A DNA stretch of 20,000 nucleotides. Source: an uncultured virus (IMG/VR IMGVR_UViG_3300031813_000014). Its lineage: Duplodnaviria > Heunggongvirae > Uroviricota > Caudoviricetes. The first letter of the stretch is position 1. Each line of letters starts with the position of its first letter. Where the stretch lies: the IMG/VR virus record IMGVR_UViG_3300031813_000014. One strand, 5' to 3'. Positions 14,281 to 20,000 of this stretch are shown in pieces. The translations under genes and the position numbers were made by a program. The notes beneath the pieces were generated by a model that did no database searches, was not told the DNA's origin, and worked only from the letters and a program-made list of their open reading frames with translations.

Positions 14281-16146
14281 ATGTCAAGTACATATTCACA
14301 AGATCTTAGAATTCAGTTAATGGGTACTGGGGACCAGGCTGGAACCTGGGGTGCAACCACAAACAATAACTTTCAGTATATCTTAGAACAGGCGATTGCT
14401 GGTTACCAACAAGTATCAATTACTTCAAGTAATCAAGTTCTAACTTACTTGAATGGTGCTTCAAGCACTGCGTCACAAAATCAATCCATCTATGCTGCAC
14501 TTCAATTAATTGGAGCAACAGGCGCCTTTAATGTATTTACTCCTAACTCTGCAACCAAGTTGTACATTTTTAATAATGCAACGTCTTATGCAGCAACCAT
14601 AGCTGTTAGCTCTTCTGGGTCCCCAACAACTCCTGCTGGTACTACGATAACTATACCTGCTGGCCTCACAGCAGCAGTGTATACCGACGGTACCAATTTT
14701 TACACTCAACATAATTATCTGCCCGGTAATGTATCAGTTGGCGGTGTGGCTAGCGCTACTTCTTTTAGTGGGGCTGGTACTGGGCTGACTGGTACAGCTG
14801 CATCGTTGAGTATTGGTGGTAACGCAGCCACTGCAACAACAGCAACTTCTGTAGCCAATCTTTCTGGCGGCGCTGCGGGTGAAGTTCTTTATCAATCAGC
14901 TGCTAATACAACAGCATTTACAACGGTTGGTACTAATGGACAGGTTTTAGCTTCGGCTGGCGCTGGCACTCCATATTGGACAACCAACATAAGCGGTAAC
15001 GCAACTAATGTTACCGGTACTGTAGCAATTGCTAATGGCGGTACAGGTCAAATAACTGCAACTGCAGCTTTCACTGCATTATCCCCGATAACCACAAATG
15101 GTGATTTGATTATTGGTAACGTTTCAAACGTACCAGCCAGATTGCCAATTGGTGCAAACGGTTATGTATTAACCTCCAACGGAACTACAGCAAGTTGGCA
15201 GCCTTCTAGTACAGGCGGCACTGTGCCAATATCTCTTGGCGGTACAGGCCAAACAACCGCAACTGCAGCTTTTAATGCGCTTTCTCCCATCACCACAATA
15301 GGCGATTTAATTATTGGAAACAACACCAATAGTGCGGGTAGACTTGCTATTGGTGCCAGTGGTTATGTGTTAACTTCAAACGGAAGCAGCGCAACTTGGC
15401 AGCCAGTCAGCGTAAGCGGAACCGTACCAATATCTAACGGTGGTACAGGTCAAACAACTGCTTCAGCAGGTTTTAATGCGCTTTCCCCAATCACTACAAC
15501 AGGTGATTTGATTATTGGAAATGGAACCAATAGCGCCACAAGGCTTGGAATTGGTACAAATGGGTACGTACTAACATCTAATGGAAGCACTGCAACTTGG
15601 CAACCATCTTCTGGCGGTGGTGGTGGTGTAACTTATTTCAGTGCAGGAACCACAGGGTTTACACCTAATTCTTCTACTTCAGGTTCTGTAACGCTTGCAG
15701 GCACTTTAAATGTTGCTAACGGTGGTACTGGATTAACTTCAACCCCTGTAAACGGCGCTATCGACATTGGTAACGGTACGGGATTTACACGTACTACGTT
15801 AACGGCTGGTGCAAATGTAACCATTACAAACGGCGCAGGTTCCATCACAATTGCAGCGTCAGGTAGTGGCGGCGGCGGTGTGCCATCGGTTACAGGTACT
15901 GCAAATCAAGTTCTTGTTAACGGTGGTTCCGGCACAGCCGTTACCACTGCGGCTACATTAACTTTAGCTTCTACCATAAACGTTAATACGACTGGTAATG
16001 CTGCTGGTGTTTCAAGCGGCAGCTGGACTATTAGCATAAGTGGTACGAAAATATATTTTGCTTACGGCGGAACTAATAAAGGTTCGCTGGATTCTTCTGG
16101 CAACTTTATTGTGACTGGTAACGTAACAGCATACGGAACACCATAA
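14281..16146 (+). CDS. Tail fibre protein 2
   Basis: 621 aa. N-terminus MSSTYS..LRIQLMGTGDQAGTWGATTN.N...LEQAIAG, G/T/A/S-rich GGTG repeats, and C-terminus K.YF.YGGTNKGSLDSSGNF.VTGNVTAYGTP. Confidence 0.8.
   Translation: MSSTYSQDLRIQLMGTGDQAGTWGATTNNNFQYILEQAIAGYQQVSITSSNQVLTYLNGASSTASQNQSIYAALQLIGATGAFNVFTPNSATKLYIFNNATSYAATIAVSSSGSPTTPAGTTITIPAGLTAAVYTDGTNFYTQHNYLPGNVSVGGVASATSFSGAGTGLTGTAASLSIGGNAATATTATSVANLSGGAAGEVLYQSAANTTAFTTVGTNGQVLASAGAGTPYWTTNISGNATNVTGTVAIANGGTGQITATAAFTALSPITTNGDLIIGNVSNVPARLPIGANGYVLTSNGTTASWQPSSTGGTVPISLGGTGQTTATAAFNALSPITTIGDLIIGNNTNSAGRLAIGASGYVLTSNGSSATWQPVSVSGTVPISNGGTGQTTASAGFNALSPITTTGDLIIGNGTNSATRLGIGTNGYVLTSNGSTATWQPSSGGGGGVTYFSAGTTGFTPNSSTSGSVTLAGTLNVANGGTGLTSTPVNGAIDIGNGTGFTRTTLTAGANVTITNGAGSITIAASGSGGGGVPSVTGTANQVLVNGGSGTAVTTAATLTLASTINVNTTGNAAGVSSGSWTISISGTKIYFAYGGTNKGSLDSSGNFIVTGNVTAYGTP
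15016..15606 (+). repeat. Three tandem 67-aa (201-nt) fibre modules
   Basis: GTVxIxxGGTGQxTAxAxFxALSPITTxGDLIIGNxxNxxxRLxIGxxGYVLTSNGxxAxWQP starting at 15016, 15217 and 15418. A fourth copy lies in fibre 1 at 8618. Confidence 0.9.
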
Positions 16147-16154
16147 GGATTACT

Positions 16155-17609
16155 ATGACACTACCAAGTTACGGAGTCTCTTTGGGGATGCAACAAATTG
16201 CTAACGAGTTTAGCAGTGGTACTGTGTACCCAATGAATCAATATTATGCTGGTGGTAGTTATGTACCTTCAGGTACAAACGGTTACCCAAGCGGTGGCTC
16301 AGCTACCCCAATACCAACAAGCGGAACGATCACCATAAATAATTTTTATGGGTCGGCAAAAAGCACTGCTGTTCGTTGGGAGTATGCATTTGAAGGTATA
16401 ACAGGCGCTGATAGCTACTACAACACCATTAACACTGTTGGGGTTGACACTACTGGTAACTCATATGCGACAGGATTTGCTGCTGGAAATACCTCAAGTA
16501 ATAATATTTCAGGTTTGTGGGTAAAGATTTCACCTTCGGGGTCCATACTCGCTGCTAATAGGCTGACAAGTGCTCAGAATTACCAAGTGGTTGCGGGGGC
16601 AACTGCGCCTTCTGGTAATACTTATGTGGCTATGGCCCAATCAGTTACTTATGCTGGTAATACCTACATACTTAAAATTGATTCTAGCGGTAACATTGTG
16701 TGGGAATATTCAATTATTAATAACCAGCCTCAATTTTTAGGCTTTGTAGTTGCACCATCGTCAGAAAATATTTATTTTTTGACATTTAACACAGTGCCGT
16801 TGTCTATATTTTTAACTAAAGTAAATAGTTCGGGTTCTGTACAGTGGTCTCAAGAGATATACCATGACCCAAATATACTGCAAAATAGTTCCACATTATC
16901 TCTTGATGCAAGTGAAAACGTTAGTGTATTAGTAGCAGCAAATAATTCTACTCATGGCGCGGCTTGGTATTATTTAATATATAACTCAAGCGGTACCCAA
17001 ACAACAGCTCAGTACTACTATACAAGCGCTTCAGGAAGTACTTCAGGTATTGCTGGCGGTCGTTACAGTTTTAATACATATTCGTATATAGACTCCAGTA
17101 CTAATCTTTATCTTTGTTTGCCCCTTACAACAAGCGGTGGTCAAACACAAGTGTATGTTACTAAATATGGGGTTTGGAACTATACATTTAATTTACCCGC
17201 TTACGGAACAATAAACGGCATGACCGTAGATTCGTCTGGCAATACTTATTTAGCGTACGCTTCTAGAAATTATGCGCTTAGTATTATTGTGATTAATGCT
17301 GCAGGAACTTCGTTTACACAATACGTAGCAGGCGCGTACCAGGATAATTTCTCATACGGTATACAGGTGCTTTCAAACGGTCAAATTTTAATTGGGTCAA
17401 ATACAACTACCACTGGGTATTTTTACCAAGCGGGGCTTTCTCAAAACTTTACCGCACTAGGTACTCCTGAAGTAACCACTGGCAGCCTTACTTTAACTGC
17501 GGGTACGGGATCTGCTTTGTATACGTCTGTGTCGTTGTCATGGAGTTCGTCGTCGTTTATCAGCACGAACTCGACGTTGTATGTTTCTACAATAGCGACG
17601 TTACCATAA
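16155..17609 (+). CDS. Putative fibre-tip adhesin with a beta-propeller (SBBP-like repeats)
   Basis: 484 aa. The N-terminal MTLP...I.NEF...YYAGG.YVP...IPTSGTI.I.NFYG docking-like domain is followed by VDTTGNSYATG, KIDSSGNIVW, KVNSSGSVQW, LDASENV and VDSSGNTYLA blades. Confidence 0.65.
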   Translation: MTLPSYGVSLGMQQIANEFSSGTVYPMNQYYAGGSYVPSGTNGYPSGGSATPIPTSGTITINNFYGSAKSTAVRWEYAFEGITGADSYYNTINTVGVDTTGNSYATGFAAGNTSSNNISGLWVKISPSGSILAANRLTSAQNYQVVAGATAPSGNTYVAMAQSVTYAGNTYILKIDSSGNIVWEYSIINNQPQFLGFVVAPSSENIYFLTFNTVPLSIFLTKVNSSGSVQWSQEIYHDPNILQNSSTLSLDASENVSVLVAANNSTHGAAWYYLIYNSSGTQTTAQYYYTSASGSTSGIAGGRYSFNTYSYIDSSTNLYLCLPLTTSGGQTQVYVTKYGVWNYTFNLPAYGTINGMTVDSSGNTYLAYASRNYALSIIVINAAGTSFTQYVAGAYQDNFSYGIQVLSNGQILIGSNTTTTGYFYQAGLSQNFTALGTPEVTTGSLTLTAGTGSALYTSVSLSWSSSSFISTNSTLYVSTIATLP

Positions 17610-17610
17610 T

Positions 17611-18330
17611 GTGGACCCATTTACCCTTGTTGCCCTTGCGTCTGGCGCTTTCAAAATATGCAAAGACGCTTGTGAAATGTACAAAGAAGGTCGGCAAATT
17701 ATTGCTGACGTTGCCCATGAAGTTGATGGAATCGTCAAAGACGTTAAGGATGTACAAAAAAAAGCGAAAGGACTTTTTGGGTTCCTAACGGCAATCTTTA
17801 GCCCTGCCAAGACGGAAGAGCAGCCACAAGCTGCTCAACCCGCCAAGAAGGTCAAAAAGAAAAAAGAGCCACCGCCAGAGTTTGACGAGAACCTCATTTA
17901 CCAACAGGTCAGTGATGCTCTCATTAAGTTCTTTCAAGCGTATAACTCATTGAAGAATTACGTTAAAGAACAAGAAGAATTTGCTCTCCACGCAAACAGC
18001 GACGAAGGTCAAGAAGCTGCAATCAAGATTACGATCGCCAATTTGCAGATGGAGAAGTTGAATCAGGAGCTGAGTGATTACATGATATACCATGTACCTA
18101 ATGAATTAAAGGACTTGTATACTCGGGTCAACCAGCAAATTGGTCACATTGCCAATGTGCAAGCGCTAGCGAGACGAGAGGAAATGTTAAGGGAGCGTCG
18201 GGCAAAATGGCAACGGGAGCAAAAAGCGGATCTAATCAAAGGAAGAATGGCGGCTTCAGCAATTACAGTGCTGATGCTGATGTGGTTATGGCTAATGATT
18301 CTCAGCATGACACACTCGCCATCATATTGA
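17611..18330 (+). CDS. Helical/coiled-coil protein with a C-terminal transmembrane segment
   Basis: GTG start 1 nt after the previous stop. Begins MDPFTLVALASGAFK, is highly charged and helical, and ends in hydrophobic AITVLMLMWLWLMILSM. Confidence 0.75.
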   Translation: MDPFTLVALASGAFKICKDACEMYKEGRQIIADVAHEVDGIVKDVKDVQKKAKGLFGFLTAIFSPAKTEEQPQAAQPAKKVKKKKEPPPEFDENLIYQQVSDALIKFFQAYNSLKNYVKEQEEFALHANSDEGQEAAIKITIANLQMEKLNQELSDYMIYHVPNELKDLYTRVNQQIGHIANVQALARREEMLRERRAKWQREQKADLIKGRMAASAITVLMLMWLWLMILSMTHSPSY

Positions 18331-18449
18331 TTGTTGTGCTTTTGGTCGTGCTTTTGTTGATAATACCGTTGATTGCATGGATGTATGTAGATGTTAGACA
18401 AATGGAGCTTCGTGTAAATAAAGCTTTAACGAGGATTGAAGGAAAATGA
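18207..18449 (+). CDS. Single-pass membrane protein (alternative start at 18288)
   Basis: Strong TM segment LAIILIVVLLVVLLLIIPLIAWMYV followed by a short amphipathic helix. GGGAG at 18191-18195 lies upstream of ATG 18207, and the stop overlaps the next ATG (ATGA). Confidence 0.7.
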   Translation: MATGAKSGSNQRKNGGFSNYSADADVVMANDSQHDTLAIILIVVLLVVLLLIIPLIAWMYVDVRQMELRVNKALTRIEGK

Positions 18450-18625
18450 AATGGTTGCTTTTAACTCTTTTATTGGTGTCCTGTGAAGACAGATACAGAT
18501 ACCACTGCCAAGACCCGAAACACTGGGAAGACCAAGACTGCAAACCTCCCTACTGCGTCGCTACTCAGACTTGCCCTGAATACTTTAACAAGCCAAAGAA
18601 TGCAACAACGCCAACAGACCCCTGA
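18446..18625 (+). CDS. Small Cys-rich lipoprotein (not in the ORF track)
   Basis: 59 aa: MKWLLLTLLLVSC-EDRYRYHCQDPKHWEDQDCKPPYCVATQTCPEYFNKPKNATTPTDP. Signal peptide II with lipobox LVSC, four further Cys, and ATGA coupling. Confidence 0.8.
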   Translation: MKWLLLTLLLVSCEDRYRYHCQDPKHWEDQDCKPPYCVATQTCPEYFNKPKNATTPTDP

Positions 18626-18986
18626 ACAAAAAGATGCCGATACTCGGCGTTTTGTTATAAGAGCCTTTGCAGTAGGGCTGGTGGGTCTTTTGTTTTTATT
18701 TGGTTACAGCATCGTCTATACGGAACAACCCTTATTTAATGAGGCTCCCGCAGACAAAGCCATTTTTGCTGTGCTTACTTTGGTAATTGGTCAGCTCTTG
18801 ACCATCCTAGCCAACTACATATCCCGCACGCCGCCACCAAGCACACAATCCTTTAACCGGTGTCCACCCGAAATTAAAAAAGAAGTGATTGTAGAAGAGA
18901 TTAAAACTCCCACACCGACGGCACCAAAACCAATGTTTTCCCCCAAACCCTTTATGCCCAGCGCTAACGAAAGGCCACCATTATGA
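18600..18986 (+). CDS. Two-TM membrane protein, holin candidate
   Basis: Start reassigned from 18483 to ATG 18600, since the upstream part overlaps the lipoprotein gene. TM1 FVIRAFAVGLVGLLFLFGYSIVY, TM2 IFAVLTLVIGQLLTILANYI, and a Pro-rich tail. Lies directly upstream of the spanins and endolysin. Confidence 0.6.
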   Translation: MQQRQQTPEQKDADTRRFVIRAFAVGLVGLLFLFGYSIVYTEQPLFNEAPADKAIFAVLTLVIGQLLTILANYISRTPPPSTQSFNRCPPEIKKEVIVEEIKTPTPTAPKPMFSPKPFMPSANERPPL

Positions 18987-19459
18987 TTTTTAGCCCCTGG
19001 TTTTGGTTAGCTGCGGCTATCGCAGTAGGTGGAGCTTATGGTGTTGGGCACCATAAAGGCTATGTTGAAAAAGATCAAGAAGACCAAGTCATTATTGCAA
19101 AAGCAAATGAAGATGCCCGCAACAAAGAACAGGCAGCAAATAAAAAAGTGTCAGACATTGAAACCCAACGCAGAAAGGATAACGCCCGTGCACAAACTGA
19201 AATATCTAAGCGTGATGCTGCTATTGCTGATAACAAGCTGCAGCTCTTCATCCGTACCAAAGCTAGCGTACCAACCTCCACAGATGCCAAACCTACCGGA
19301 GGATCTGACACCGGCACAGCCCAACTTGACCCAACGTTTGCTAGATCTATTGTCGCCATCACAGACGACGGGGACACAGCCATCCGTAAACTCAACGCCT
19401 GCATTGCAACCTACAACCAAGTAAAGGAGCTTATAAATGGAAGTCAATCAACTCGCTGA
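18983..19459 (+). CDS. Rz: Inner-membrane spanin (Rz-like)
   Basis: N-terminal TM anchor, long coiled coil, L.L.I linker, and AQLDP..A..IVAITDDGD.AIRKLNAC...Y C-terminus typical of Rz-like proteins. Confidence 0.85.
   Translation: MIFSPWFWLAAAIAVGGAYGVGHHKGYVEKDQEDQVIIAKANEDARNKEQAANKKVSDIETQRRKDNARAQTEISKRDAAIADNKLQLFIRTKASVPTSTDAKPTGGSDTGTAQLDPTFARSIVAITDDGDTAIRKLNACIATYNQVKELINGSQSTR
19188..19424 (+). CDS. Rz1: Outer-membrane spanin lipoprotein (Rz1-like), fully embedded in Rz in the +1 frame
   Basis: GTG at 19188 with SD AAAGGA at 19174-19179. MHKLKYLSVMLLLLITSC lipobox followed by a Pro-rich mature chain (78 aa in total). Same nested layout as lambda Rz/Rz1. Confidence 0.8.
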   Translation: MHKLKYLSVMLLLLITSCSSSSVPKLAYQPPQMPNLPEDLTPAQPNLTQRLLDLLSPSQTTGTQPSVNSTPALQPTTK

Positions 19460-20000
19460 TGCCGCTGGCATTGACCCCGGTCATGCTGAACAATTAATCG
19501 ACGGTATCAATGGGGCCATTCAAACGGCCCAACTAGATACACCTGAACGCTTGGCTGCGTTTATTGCCCAGTGCGGGCATGAATCTGCTGGATTTAAATT
19601 TTTTGAAGAAAACCTCAACTACAAGGCTGAAAGCTTACATCGCACATGGCCTTCCCATTTTCACACCATGGAGATTGCAAATGAGTACGCACACCAGCCA
19701 AAACGCATCGCTTGCAGAGCCTACGCCAACCGCATGGGGAATGGAGATGAAGAGTCTGGAGACGGTTGGTCCTACAGAGGACGAGGAGCCATCCAGCTTA
19801 CAGGAAAAATTGCTTATGAAGAAGCATCACGAGATTTGGGCTTCGATTTTGTTAGCAATCCAGACGCCGCCTCGTCGCCGGAGGGCGGGCTCCTCACAGC
19901 AGCTTGGTTCTGGGTTAAGCACAACCTAAACTATCACGTTGATAATAATGACTTTGAGGGGCTGACAAAAGCCATTAATGGTGGCACAATTGGGTTAGAG
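19437..20000 (+). CDS. Endolysin, glycoside hydrolase family 19 (chitinase-like); 3' truncated
   Basis: ATG 19437 after SD AAAGGAG. Translation includes RLAAFIAQCGHESAGF..FEENLNY, YANRMGNGDEESGDGWSYRGRGAIQLTGK, AAWFW and LTKAINGGTIGLE. The frame is open to the window end. Confidence 0.93.
   Translation, partial: MEVNQLADAAGIDPGHAEQLIDGINGAIQTAQLDTPERLAAFIAQCGHESAGFKFFEENLNYKAESLHRTWPSHFHTMEIANEYAHQPKRIACRAYANRMGNGDEESGDGWSYRGRGAIQLTGKIAYEEASRDLGFDFVSNPDAASSPEGGLLTAAWFWVKHNLNYHVDNNDFEGLTKAINGGTIGLE

Noticed and set aside
17543..17572. Inverted repeat GAGTTCGT-N14-ACGAACTC near the end of the adhesin gene (possible DGR target hairpin or terminator)
   Set aside because: It is an 8-bp stem inside coding sequence with no U-tract. 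No template repeat differing at adenines and no reverse transcriptase is seen in the window.
18483..18599. N-terminal extension of the two-TM protein given by the ORF track
   Set aside because: This stretch is better explained by the lipoprotein gene 18446-18625 in another frame, and ATG 18600 gives a compact protein.
19564..19929. 121-aa + strand ORF in the track
   Set aside because: It is an out-of-frame shadow of the GH19 endolysin, which has clear family motifs.
1..20000. Alternative genetic code, introns, inteins or mobile elements
   Set aside because: TAA, TAG and TGA all end genes at sensible coupled boundaries and long ORFs are uninterrupted. The two suspected inserts lack intein C/S...HN ends, and no transposase, integrase or homing endonuclease motifs were seen.

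Overview
Late-gene region of a tailed dsDNA phage (Caudoviricetes) of a Gram-negative host, as shown by its spanins. The gene set resembles uncultured freshwater phages, and the missing tail tube, sheath and tape-measure genes suggest a podovirus-like type (inference). All credible genes are on the + strand and tightly coupled. Order: (1) 3' end of a Mu gpT-like major capsid gene; (2) intrinsic terminator, sigma70-like promoter with an internal palindrome, and a pseudoknotted leader RNA resembling the Mu-gpT-DE motif; (3) two putative virion proteins; (4) a cluster of very small basic, His-rich or Pro-rich proteins sharing a hydrophobic-x-x-Gly-Gly motif; (5) two head-tail adaptor-like genes, each apparently carrying an inserted domain; (6) small beta-rich structural proteins; (7) two fibre plus beta-propeller tip pairs flanking a 1020-aa acidic protein built from about 44 in-register 60-bp repeats; (8) an elaborate lysis region with membrane proteins, a Cys-rich lipoprotein, a holin candidate, an Rz with embedded Rz1, and a GH19 endolysin running off the end. 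Three genes missing from the ORF track were added (5614-5784, 18446-18625, 19437->20000), and the embedded o-spanin was delimited at 19188-19424. Family names come from recognition of sequence motifs, not from database searches.
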